Assembly (NCBI RefSeq): GCF_002777975.1
Contig: NZ_NGVS01000007.1
Span: 93,900 to 117,899, forward strand
Length of the DNA: 24,000 nucleotides
Reading direction: 5' to 3'
Source: Shewanella carassii
GTDB taxonomy: Bacteria > Pseudomonadota > Gammaproteobacteria > Enterobacterales > Shewanellaceae
The notes below the pieces were generated by a model. The model searched no databases and was not told where the DNA came from. It worked only from the letters and a program-made list of their open reading frames with translations. This document shows, in pieces, positions 9,785-18,052 of the stretch (positions within the stretch are counted from its first letter, which is position 1; every line of letters starts with the position of its first letter). A program made the translations under genes and the position numbers.

Positions 9785-10984
9785 ATGTCTAAAAAACTGG
9801 TATTGGTTCTAAATTGCGGCAGTTCTTCTTTGAAATTTGCAGTCATGGATGCACTCACAGGCGATGATCAGATCTCTGGTCTGGCCGAGTGCTTTGGCTT
9901 GGAAAACTCCCGCATCAAATGGAAACACAATGGCGAAAAGCATGAAGCCACACTGGGCGCATTCACCGCGCACCGTGAAGCCGTGGAGTTTATTGTAAAC
10001 CAGATTTTGGCTCCCCTGCCCGAACTGGCATCACAAATCTTGGCGGTGGGTCACCGAATCGTGCACGGTGGTGAAAAGTTCACCCACTCGGTAATCATTG
10101 ACGATCAGGTGATCAAAGGTATCGAAGATTGTGCCTCGCTGGCACCATTGCACAACCCTGCGCACCTGATAGGTATTCGCGCCGCCATGGCCTCGTTCCC
10201 AAGCTTGCCTCAGGTTGCCGTGTTTGACACCGCCTTCCACCAGAGCATGCCTGAGCGCGCCTTTGTCTACGCCCTGCCCTATAAGCTTTACCGTGAGCAT
10301 GGCATTCGTCGTTACGGCATGCATGGCACCAGCCACCTGTTTGTCAGCCGCGAAGCAGCCAAGGTATTGGGCAAAGAATTGGCCGACACTAATGTGATCT
10401 GTGCTCATCTGGGCAACGGTGCATCCGTCACCGCTGTAAAAGGTGGCAAGAGCGTAGATACCTCCATGGGCCTGACGCCACTGGAAGGTTTGGTGATGGG
10501 TACCCGCTGTGGCGATATCGACCCCTCCATCATCTATCATCTGGTACACCAGTTGGGCTACACCCTGGAAGAGGTCAACAACCTGCTGAACAAGCAAAGT
10601 GGCCTGTTGGGGATCAGTGAACTGACCAATGATTGCCGTGGTATCGAGGAAGGATATGCCGAAGGTCACAAAGGTGCGACACTGGCACTGGAAATCTTCT
10701 GCTATCGTCTGGCAAAATACATCGCCTCCTACACTGTGCCATTGGGCCGTCTGGATGCCGTCGTCTTTACCGGCGGCATAGGTGAAAACTCCGACATTAT
10801 CCGTAAGAAAGTGCTGGAACTATTGTCCATCTTCAACTTCCAGATCGATGATGAACGCAACCTGGCCGCCCGTTTCGGCAATGGCGGTATCATCACTAAA
10901 GATGAAGGCACTCTGGCCATGGTCATTCCCACCAATGAAGAGTGGGTCATCGCCGAAGACGCTATTAGTTTGATAGAAGAATAA
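9785..10984 (+). CDS. ackA: Acetate kinase
   Basis: 399 aa with N-terminal [13 protein letters not shown] and the ASKHA-fold motifs HRIVHGG and GFTGGIGEN-like (FTGGIGENS). pta follows. Confidence 0.97.
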   Translation: MSKKLVLVLNCGSSSLKFAVMDALTGDDQISGLAECFGLENSRIKWKHNGEKHEATLGAFTAHREAVEFIVNQILAPLPELASQILAVGHRIVHGGEKFTHSVIIDDQVIKGIEDCASLAPLHNPAHLIGIRAAMASFPSLPQVAVFDTAFHQSMPERAFVYALPYKLYREHGIRRYGMHGTSHLFVSREAAKVLGKELADTNVICAHLGNGASVTAVKGGKSVDTSMGLTPLEGLVMGTRCGDIDPSIIYHLVHQLGYTLEEVNNLLNKQSGLLGISELTNDCRGIEEGYAEGHKGATLALEIFCYRLAKYIASYTVPLGRLDAVVFTGGIGENSDIIRKKVLELLSIFNFQIDDERNLAARFGNGGIITKDEGTLAMVIPTNEEWVIAEDAISLIEE

Positions 10985-10995
10985 TATGACCAAAC

Positions 10996-11030
10996 AGCCG
11001 CCAGCTTAACCTGGCGGCTTTCATGTTTTT
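10996..11030 (+). terminator. Weak stem-loop/attenuator between ackA and pta
   Basis: AGCCGCCAG (10996-11004) / CTGGCGGCT (11011-11019) form a 9-bp stem with loop CTTAAC. TTCATGTTTTT follows, which is an interrupted U-tract. It probably causes partial termination only, since pta follows 47 nt later. Confidence 0.35.
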
Positions 11031-11077
11031 GACTTTATAAGATTTACCGGAAAACCATCGACTCCGAAGAGGTTTTT

Positions 11078-13219
11078 ATGTCCCGTAACATTATGTTGAT
11101 CCCCATAGGCACAGGCGTCGGCCTGACGTCTATCAGCCTGGGGATGGTTCGCGCATTGGAACGCCACGGCGTTAAAGTGCAGTTCTTTAAACCCATTTCC
11201 CAATTGCGCCCGCAGGACCACGGCCCTGAGCGCTCAACCACCATTCTCAGCAAGTCCCCCACGGTCAACCCGTTGGAGCCGTTTGAAATGGCCCACGCTG
11301 AAGCCTTGATCCGCGCCGATCAGACAGATGTACTGATGGAGCAAATCATCGCCCGCGCCAGTGAAATTGCCGATAATACCGAAACCCTGATCATCGAGGG
11401 TTTGGTGCACACCCGCAGCCATCCCTTTGCCGATGATGTTAACTATGCCATCGCCAAAGCGCTGGACGCCGATGTGATTTTTGTCGCGACCCCCGGCAAC
11501 GATAGCCCAACCGGGCTGATGAACCGTCTCGAAATCGCCTTCAACTCCTGGGGCGGCAACAAGAACAAGCGTCTCATTGGCACTATCATCAACAAGATTG
11601 GTGCGCCGGTGGACGATGAAGGTCGTGCCCGTCCGGATCTGTCTGAAGTATTCGATCACCAATATGTACAACGCACTGATACCGCAGGCATGTTCCAGTT
11701 GCCGGGTAAGAGCCCATTGAGGATCCTCGGCAGTGTGCCTTATAACCTGGATCTGGTGTCCCCTCGGGCATCCGACCTGGCCAAGCACCTGCGTGCCCGG
11801 ATCATCAATGCCGGTGAGATGAACACTCGCCGTTTGCGCAAGGTAACCTTCTGTGCCCGCTCTATTCCCAACATGGTGCAGCACATCAAGGCAGACTCGC
11901 TACTGGTGACTTCGGGTGACCGTTCCGACGTTATCGTTTCGGCCTGTCTGGCGGCGATGAACGGCGTCAAGATTGGTGCCTTGCTGCTAAGCGGCGGTTA
12001 TGAACCAGAGCCCGAGATCATGGCTCTGTGTGAACAGGCCTTTGAAACCGGCCTGCCTGTGTTCCTTATCGACACCAATACCTGGCAGACCTCACTCAAT
12101 ATTCAACGCTTTGACCACGAAGTACCTGTGGACGATGCAGTGCGTATTGAACTGGTACAGGAATACGTTGCCGGTCATATTGATCAGAGCTGGATTGAAA
12201 GCGTCACCGAAAACTCGCCTCGCGAGCACCGCCTGTCGCCACCGGCTTTCCGCTACAAGCTTACCGAGCTGGCCCGCGCCGCTCACAAGACTGTAGTACT
12301 GCCTGAAGGCGATGAGCCACGCACCATCAAGGCTGCCGCCATCTGCGCAGAGCGTGGCATTGCCCGCTGCGTACTACTTGGCAAACGCGATGAAATTCTG
12401 CGTATCGCAGCCCAGCAGGACGTTATTCTGGGAGAGGGTGTCGAGATTATCGATCCCGATGAAGTGCGTGAGCGCTATGTCGAGCCTATGCTGGATCTTC
12501 GCCGTCACAAGGGCCTGACCGAAGTAGTTGCCCGTGAACAGCTGGAAGACAACATGGTGCTGGGCACCATGATGTTGGCCCAGAATGAAGTGGACGGTAT
12601 CGTTTCCGGTGCGGTTAACACCACGGCCAACACCATTCGTCCGCCACTGCAGCTGATCAAGACAGCGCCCGGCTCCAGCCTGGTCTCTTCCATCTTCTTC
12701 ATGTTGATGCCGGATCAGGTGCTGGTATATGGTGACTGCGCCATCAACCCGGATCCCAATGCCGAGCAGTTGGCCGATATCGCTATCCAGTCGGCCGAGT
12801 CTGCCAAAGCCTTCGGTATTGAGCCCAGAGTCGCGATGATCAGCTACTCTACCGGTGACTCAGGGACAGGCTCAGATGTGGATAAGGTGCGCGAAGCCAC
12901 CCGGATTGCCAAAGAGAAGCGTCCGGATCTGGTGATTGACGGCCCACTGCAGTACGACGCCGCGGTAATGCCTAACGTGGCTCGCTCCAAGGCGCCGGAC
13001 AGCCCGGTTGCCGGTAAGGCAACTGTGTTTGTATTCCCGGATCTCAACACGGGTAACACCACTTATAAGGCCGTTCAACGAAGCGCCGATCTGATCAGCA
13101 TAGGCCCTATGCTGCAAGGTATGCGTAAGCCGGTGAACGATCTGTCCCGCGGTGCCCTGGTGGATGATATTGTTTACACCATCGCCCTGACTGCCATTCA
13201 AGCGACTCAGAACGATTAA
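11078..13219 (+). CDS. pta: Phosphate acetyltransferase (long, three-domain form)
   Basis: 713 aa, matching the E. coli Pta length class. It has an N-terminal regulatory (DRTGG-type) region and a C-terminal PTA_PTB domain ([24 protein letters not shown]). The SD GAAGAGG lies 7 nt upstream of the start. Confidence 0.97.
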   Translation: MSRNIMLIPIGTGVGLTSISLGMVRALERHGVKVQFFKPISQLRPQDHGPERSTTILSKSPTVNPLEPFEMAHAEALIRADQTDVLMEQIIARASEIADNTETLIIEGLVHTRSHPFADDVNYAIAKALDADVIFVATPGNDSPTGLMNRLEIAFNSWGGNKNKRLIGTIINKIGAPVDDEGRARPDLSEVFDHQYVQRTDTAGMFQLPGKSPLRILGSVPYNLDLVSPRASDLAKHLRARIINAGEMNTRRLRKVTFCARSIPNMVQHIKADSLLVTSGDRSDVIVSACLAAMNGVKIGALLLSGGYEPEPEIMALCEQAFETGLPVFLIDTNTWQTSLNIQRFDHEVPVDDAVRIELVQEYVAGHIDQSWIESVTENSPREHRLSPPAFRYKLTELARAAHKTVVLPEGDEPRTIKAAAICAERGIARCVLLGKRDEILRIAAQQDVILGEGVEIIDPDEVRERYVEPMLDLRRHKGLTEVVAREQLEDNMVLGTMMLAQNEVDGIVSGAVNTTANTIRPPLQLIKTAPGSSLVSSIFFMLMPDQVLVYGDCAINPDPNAEQLADIAIQSAESAKAFGIEPRVAMISYSTGDSGTGSDVDKVREATRIAKEKRPDLVIDGPLQYDAAVMPNVARSKAPDSPVAGKATVFVFPDLNTGNTTYKAVQRSADLISIGPMLQGMRKPVNDLSRGALVDDIVYTIALTAIQATQND

Positions 13220-13243
13220 TAGCCCATCAAATTGGGATTAGAG

Positions 13244-13273
13244 AAAAACGCCTGTCAAAACAGGCGTTTTTTT
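13244..13273 (+). terminator. Rho-independent terminator of ackA-pta
   Basis: ACGCCTG (13248-13254) / CAGGCGT (13261-13267) with loop TCAAAA. It is followed by T7 (13267-13273) and preceded by an A-run. Confidence 0.85.
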
Positions 13274-13472
13274 ATGCCCCAATTAACCGACTGCTGCTTT
13301 TATCAACAGCAACTGAACAAAATAACCGCAAACGATCTTTTACAACTGGCGATATTTGAGTAAATTCAAACTCGGAGAGGGATAAATTACCGCGGGAACA
13401 CTGCAGGCGTCAAAAAATAACCAGCCAATATCTGGCATGTAATTCAACTAGTTAGAAAGCATCAACTGAGTC

Positions 13473-13505
13473 TTCAACACACTTGTCCACAGATTCTGTG
13501 GATAA
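13473..13505. promoter_or_regulatory. Cluster of DnaA-box-like 9-mers (one perfect)
   Basis: The sequence reads TTCAACACA (13473-13481, weak) c TTGTCCACA (13483-13491, 8/9) gattc TGTGGATAA (13497-13505). The last is a perfect TTATCCACA on the - strand. A further 8/9 box, TTATCAACA, lies at 13300-13308. Confidence 0.45.
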
Positions 13506-13629
13506 GAATGCAGGTACTAGCCTTTCTATATGCCATAGGATCGCCGATCCCGTCAAGCCCAAGGCACCGGCTTGCGATCAGAGTTAAAAAAACTGATACT
13601 GTTTGGCACCAATAATCGGAGTCAACACT

Positions 13630-14067
13630 ATGAGATATCTACTTTTTATTTTTCTAATCGGCCTGTTTGGCTGCAGTGATGACCCCAAAGTGACGATAGA
13701 TACTCCAGAACAAGTCGCCCTGGGATTTTTTCAGGCCATCTACATAGATAAAGATGTCGAGAAGGCCACCCATTATGTCGATGAACCGATGAAAGAGGTA
13801 CTACGCAGTTACCATATTGCCCCTTCGGTACAACGCTATATGCTCAATTTGCAGATGACAGATGTCACCCTGGAGATTGAAGAGATAGATATCGATTTCT
13901 TTCGTAAGTTCACTGATGACGTCACGGTTGTCGTCAAGTTTACCGGCCAAAAAGATGGCCGCCGCTGGATTGATGATAGAACCATTCGCTTGCATAAACG
14001 TGGCAAAGGCTGGGTCATAGTCGAAATATTCCCAGAAAACGGCAAGATCAACTCAGGTTCCTTGTAA
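13630..14067 (+). CDS. Small lipoprotein of unknown function (possibly DUF4878/NTF2-like fold)
   Basis: The signal peptide plus lipobox is MRYLLFIFLIGLFG-C. The SD GGAG (13618-13621) lies 8 nt before the ATG at 13630; the ORF-track TTG start at 13603 has no SD. The mature N-terminus TPEQVALGFFQAIYIDKDVEKA resembles the DUF4878 lipoprotein pattern as I recall it. Confidence 0.7.
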   Translation: MRYLLFIFLIGLFGCSDDPKVTIDTPEQVALGFFQAIYIDKDVEKATHYVDEPMKEVLRSYHIAPSVQRYMLNLQMTDVTLEIEEIDIDFFRKFTDDVTVVVKFTGQKDGRRWIDDRTIRLHKRGKGWVIVEIFPENGKINSGSL

Positions 14068-14162
14068 TAATTGTGCACTGACCCACGCAAGGGCCGAAGA
14101 GGTTTATCCCTCAAAGCCCGCCGTGCTACACTCACAGCCAATTTTCACTCAGTCTGATTACT

Positions 14163-14708
14163 ATGAAACAACTGCTGGATTTCCTGCCGCTGGTCATCTT
14201 CTTCGCCTTTTATAAGTTTTACGATATCTATGTCGCCAGTGGCGCCTTGATAGCCGCAACTGCACTGCAACTCGTGGTGACCTACCTGTTGTACCGCAAG
14301 CTTGAAAAAATGCATCTCATCACCTTCGCCATGGTGGCCGTATTCGGCACCCTGACTCTGGTGTTTCACGACGATGCCTTTATCAAATGGAAAGTCACCA
14401 TAGTCTATGCCCTGTTCGCCTTGGGCCTGGGTGTCAGCCAACTGTTGAATAAGCCTGTACTCAAGGGCATGCTTGGGCAAGAACTCAAGGTCGCCGACAA
14501 GATATGGGCCAGAGTCACCTGGTACTGGGTCAGTTTCTTTATTATCTGCGGCCTTATCAATATCTATGTCGCCTTCAGTCTGAGTCAGGAAACCTGGGTC
14601 AACTTCAAGGTCTTTGGCCTGACCGCAGTGACGCTGCTGAACACCATAGCAACCGTGGTTTATCTCTTTAAACACATCCCCGAAGAGCAACGCAAGGAAC
14701 TCAAATAA
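14163..14708 (+). CDS. yciB: Inner-membrane protein YciB (intracellular septation protein A family)
   Basis: 181 aa. [23 protein letters not shown] and [14 protein letters not shown] ... [11 protein letters not shown] are near-identical in pattern to E. coli YciB as recalled. Confidence 0.9.
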   Translation: MKQLLDFLPLVIFFAFYKFYDIYVASGALIAATALQLVVTYLLYRKLEKMHLITFAMVAVFGTLTLVFHDDAFIKWKVTIVYALFALGLGVSQLLNKPVLKGMLGQELKVADKIWARVTWYWVSFFIICGLINIYVAFSLSQETWVNFKVFGLTAVTLLNTIATVVYLFKHIPEEQRKELK

Positions 14709-15007
14709 TGTGGTATATGATCTCATCCCAAGATGTTGAAAACAGTCTGGAAAAACGTCTTGCCGCTCGTCCGGCCCATCTGCAACGCCTGCAACTGCTG
14801 GCCGATGAGGGGCGATTGATGCTGGCCGGTCCACATCCCGCCGTGGACAGTGAAAACCCAGGGGACGCCGGATTCAGCGGCTCTTTGGTGGTGGCCGAGT
14901 TCGAATCGCTTGAAGCCGCCCAGACCTGGGCCAATGCCGATCCTTATGTTGCCGCCGGCGTTTATCAGAGTGTTATCGTAAAACCCTTCAAACGAGTGCT
15001 GCCCTGA
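14708..15007 (+). CDS. yciI: YciI-like protein
   Basis: 99 aa. [49 protein letters not shown] and VKPFKRV match E. coli YciI as recalled. Its start overlaps the yciB stop (TAATG). Confidence 0.87.
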   Translation: MWYMISSQDVENSLEKRLAARPAHLQRLQLLADEGRLMLAGPHPAVDSENPGDAGFSGSLVVAEFESLEAAQTWANADPYVAAGVYQSVIVKPFKRVLP

Positions 15008-15819
15008 TGAAAATCGTTTCCTTCAACATCAACGGATTGAGAGCCCGTCTGCATCAACTGCAGCAGTTGATAGACAGCCACCAGCCAGACATCATAGGGC
15101 TGCAGGAAACCAAGGTGCACGACGAAGCCTTCCCTCTGGCCGAAGTGGAAGCCATGGGTTATCAGGTACATTACCACGGTGGCAAGGCCCACTATGGCGT
15201 GGCCCTGTTGTCCAAACAGGCCCCCATCGAGGTTCAAAAAGGCTTTCCAACTGACGATGAAGATGCCCAGCGCCGACTTATCGCCGGAAAGTTCATCCAG
15301 GAAAACGGCCGCGTGCTGACAGTGATCAACGGTTACTTCCCTCAAGGGGAGAATATCAATCACGAGACCAAGTACCCGGCCAAGCGTAAGTTTTACGCCG
15401 ATCTGATGCAGTATCTGCAAAATTCATTCAGCCCGGATCAGGATATTGCCATCATAGGGGATATCAATATTTCGCCGCTGGATCTGGATATCGGCATCGG
15501 CGATGCCAACGCCAAGCGTTGGCTGAAGACAGGTAAATGCAGCTTCCAACCGGAAGAGCGAGAATGGTTGCAAACCCTGCTGGATTGGGGCTTGGTAGAT
15601 ACCTTCCGCCAGTTACACCCACAGCGTAGCGAACGCTACTCCTGGTTTGATTATCGCAGCCGTGGCTTTGATGATAACCGTGGCCTGCGTATCGATGTGA
15701 TCCTGGCGACCGAGTCGCTGGCAAGCCGCTTGACGGAAGCCGATGTGGATTACGCGCTTCGCGGCATCGACAAGCCCTCGGATCACGCCCCTATCTGGAG
15801 CTGTTTCTCAGAGGTTTAA
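15007..15819 (+). CDS. xthA: Exodeoxyribonuclease III (AP endonuclease)
   Basis: 270 aa with ExoIII/EEP-family motifs ([33 protein letters not shown]). Its start overlaps the yciI stop (TGATG). Confidence 0.93.
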   Translation: MKIVSFNINGLRARLHQLQQLIDSHQPDIIGLQETKVHDEAFPLAEVEAMGYQVHYHGGKAHYGVALLSKQAPIEVQKGFPTDDEDAQRRLIAGKFIQENGRVLTVINGYFPQGENINHETKYPAKRKFYADLMQYLQNSFSPDQDIAIIGDINISPLDLDIGIGDANAKRWLKTGKCSFQPEEREWLQTLLDWGLVDTFRQLHPQRSERYSWFDYRSRGFDDNRGLRIDVILATESLASRLTEADVDYALRGIDKPSDHAPIWSCFSEV

Positions 15820-15834
15820 ACAAGACAGATAGCC

Positions 15835-15876
15835 AAACCGCCAACGGCAGAGCTTTGTTGCCATTGGCGGTTTTTC
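15835..15876. terminator. Terminator between convergent xthA and the M23 peptidase gene
   Basis: AAACCGCCAACGGCA (15835-15849) / TGCCATTGGCGGTTT (15859-15873) form a 15-bp stem with one mismatch. T5 follows on the + strand. Confidence 0.7.
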
Positions 15877-15909
15877 TCATCTTTCCCTATCGACAACACC
15901 GAAAAAGCG

Positions 15910-16836
15910 CTACTTTTTCGCGTCACTCTTGGCTTGCTGTAATACCTGACTCATTGGCGGCACTAAAGTGGTAGGATCCAGACGCATCTGATACCAGTTG
16001 ACCCGCCAATCCAGATGTGGCCCTGTGGCTCGTCCTGTCGCCCCCACTTCGGCCACCGCCTGGCCCTGTTTCACCTCATCGCCCTCTTTGACATAGAGCT
16101 TGCTTAAGTGCAAAAAGCTGGAGCTGACGCCATAGCCGTGATCGATAATCATGGTGCCGCCGGAATAGAACATGTCCGCTACCGACAGGCTGATAACGCC
16201 ATCGGCCGGCGCCACCACCACAGTGCCGGTTTTGGCGGCAACATCCACACCATAGTGCGGTGTGCCTGGCTTGCCGTTGTAGACCCTTTGGCTGCCATAA
16301 ACCCCTGAAATTCGTCCGGTTAGCGGCCAGATAAAGTCGTCGGCAAACGCCTGCTGGGTACTGAAATGACTGCGGGCCGCCTTGACCTGGGCGCTGTCCT
16401 TGGCGGCGCGCTCCTGGGCCTTGGGATCCGGCTTCATGATTTTCTTGCTGATCCCCTCAACATACTGGATGCGATAATCCCGCTTGTCGAGTTTGAGGCT
16501 ACGGCTCTCGCTGCTGCCATCCGGGTAGTTGAGTGTCAACGTCTGCTCAAGCGCGGCCTCACGCTCAAAACCAAAGGCAAACCGGCCATCCGGCGTCAAG
16601 GTGATGCTCTCGCCATTGAGCTGTACCTCAGTACCCGGCTCGGTTCTGGCTCTGATCAGGGCCCCCTGTTCAAACTTGCCCTGAAACTGCACCCGTGATG
16701 ACTCGGGTTTGATGTTGGGCTGGGGCTCAGACTTGGATTCGGCCTGCAGCATAGGACTCACAACCAAAGTGCCCAGCAGCATCAGCGACAGCGCCTTAAA
16801 AGATGGGATTGGCATCTTACTGTTATTGAACTTCAC
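15910..16836 (-). CDS. Secreted M23-family metallopeptidase (peptidoglycan endopeptidase-like)
   Basis: GTG start with a strong SD (AGGAG, 5-nt spacer). The signal peptide is ...LVVSPMLQA-ES. The C-terminal M23 domain carries HYGVD (HxxxD), FLHLS and GATGRATGPHLDW. Confidence 0.88.
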   Translation of the reverse strand: MKFNNSKMPIPSFKALSLMLLGTLVVSPMLQAESKSEPQPNIKPESSRVQFQGKFEQGALIRARTEPGTEVQLNGESITLTPDGRFAFGFEREAALEQTLTLNYPDGSSESRSLKLDKRDYRIQYVEGISKKIMKPDPKAQERAAKDSAQVKAARSHFSTQQAFADDFIWPLTGRISGVYGSQRVYNGKPGTPHYGVDVAAKTGTVVVAPADGVISLSVADMFYSGGTMIIDHGYGVSSSFLHLSKLYVKEGDEVKQGQAVAEVGATGRATGPHLDWRVNWYQMRLDPTTLVPPMSQVLQQAKSDAKK

Positions 16837-16955
16837 TCTTGCTCCTCTTTATCTTTCCGCCCCATAGACCCCGGGGTGCGGTCTATTTGCGGATGCCTTT
16901 AGATTGCTTTTAGGTTGGCTTTATTCTTGGTCCGGCTCAGGCCAGGCAGTATCTA

Positions 16956-17840
16956 TCAGTCACCCTGATGCTGCGCCGATGCGATGGCGCCCTTGCCTAT
17001 GCCCTCGAAGGCGACCACTTTAAAATGTTTGCCCGGCTCAAAGCCCGCCATGCTGTCGGCCATAAAATGAGCCAGCAGTTCGACCGTGGTGTCATGGGGG
17101 ATCAAATCACAGCAGTCTCTTGGCATCGCCAACTGGAAATCCCCCTGCGGCGCCTGGTATCTGAAGCCAATATGGCTCTTGTCATCTATCTTGGTTTGGG
17201 GTGACAGCTCAAGCTCGCTGACACCAACCACATCTTCTTCACTGCCAAGGTAGATATCTTTCCAACGTTTGGCCCAGTATTCATCCCATTTGGGCGCGGC
17301 GATACCATCGGCAAACACATTGACAGGACTGCGGTGACCGTGAGCGATACGCTGGCAGTTACCGTCGTGCTTACGCAAGCCGTGACTGTAATGGTAATAG
17401 GGCGTTTCCAGCACCTCGTTGCGAAGTGTCAGGCTGATACCCTGAACATTGTCCGGCAAGGCATCTGTCAGCGCCTTGTGCAAAAACTGGTTAACGCTGT
17501 CAAAATCGATAATCTCGCTGGGGATAAGGGCGAAAGCCTGCGCCGGGCAAGCCAGGTGAATGCTGCCGCGCAGACTATGGAAGTCCATCCACACCTTGTC
17601 GCCCTGCTGTTGCCAGCGCACCTGGCTACAGGCGGTGGGCACCAATAAACGGTGATCGGCCACCTCATCTATGGTTTGCTTTATGGTGCGCTTGACCTTG
17701 GAAAAGTCGAGCAACATGTTTTGCTCATCCAGGCCACCGTCGAGCAGCACATCGACTATCCAACTTTCGCCTACCATGCCGCGAAACGGGCACAGGTAAG
17801 AAAAATCAACCACAGTTAAATCTTTGACAAATAATTGCAT
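16956..17840 (-). CDS. Two-domain (tandem T-fold) 6-pyruvoyl-tetrahydropterin synthase / QueD-family protein, specific function unknown
   Basis: The C-terminal half has a QueD-like Zn/Cys signature (YSHGL...GNCQRIAHGH). The N-terminal half has the QueD-like segment LLDFSKVKRTIKQTIDEVADHRLL. The preferred start is the ATG at 17840 (SD GGGAG, 5-nt spacer) and not the ORF-track start at 17873. Confidence 0.78.
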   Translation of the reverse strand: MQLFVKDLTVVDFSYLCPFRGMVGESWIVDVLLDGGLDEQNMLLDFSKVKRTIKQTIDEVADHRLLVPTACSQVRWQQQGDKVWMDFHSLRGSIHLACPAQAFALIPSEIIDFDSVNQFLHKALTDALPDNVQGISLTLRNEVLETPYYHYSHGLRKHDGNCQRIAHGHRSPVNVFADGIAAPKWDEYWAKRWKDIYLGSEEDVVGVSELELSPQTKIDDKSHIGFRYQAPQGDFQLAMPRDCCDLIPHDTTVELLAHFMADSMAGFEPGKHFKVVAFEGIGKGAIASAQHQGD

Positions 17841-17877
17841 TCTCGCTCCCAGGCAGATAAACAGTCCACCCATGTGT

Positions 17878-17893
17878 TATCGGCCGGCCGATA
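17878..17893. promoter_or_regulatory. 16-bp perfect palindrome (candidate operator) in the divergent intergenic region
   Basis: TATCGGCCGGCCGATA is centred 45 bp upstream of the QueD-like ATG. The same CCGAT/ATCGG pentamer recurs at 17900-17904, 17909-17913 and 17926-17930. Confidence 0.4.
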
Positions 17894-18052
17894 TTGGCAC
17901 CGATTGAACCGATACCGGCCAGAGTATCGGCACTTGACGTATCTTTCGCAAAAAGTCTGTGATCTTGTCCAAAAGCTCCACAGCTTTTTGCTTGAGTTTC
18001 CGGTATTATACGCAAGTCACTGCCAATATTAATAACGCTAATCAGGTATCCT

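Noticed and set aside
17846-18020. ZTP (pfl-motif) riboswitch-like fragments on the minus strand upstream of the QueD-like gene: GUGACUUGCG (18020-18011) and CUGCCUGGGAG (17856-17846)
   Set aside because: They resemble the conserved GACUGGCG and CCGCCUGGGC segments only superficially. The pseudoknot partners are not complementary (UGCG versus UGCC). There is no P1/P2 hairpin of the GGUGG...CCACCGGG type, and the spacing of ~155 nt is atypical. A covariance-model scan would settle it, and I expect no hit.
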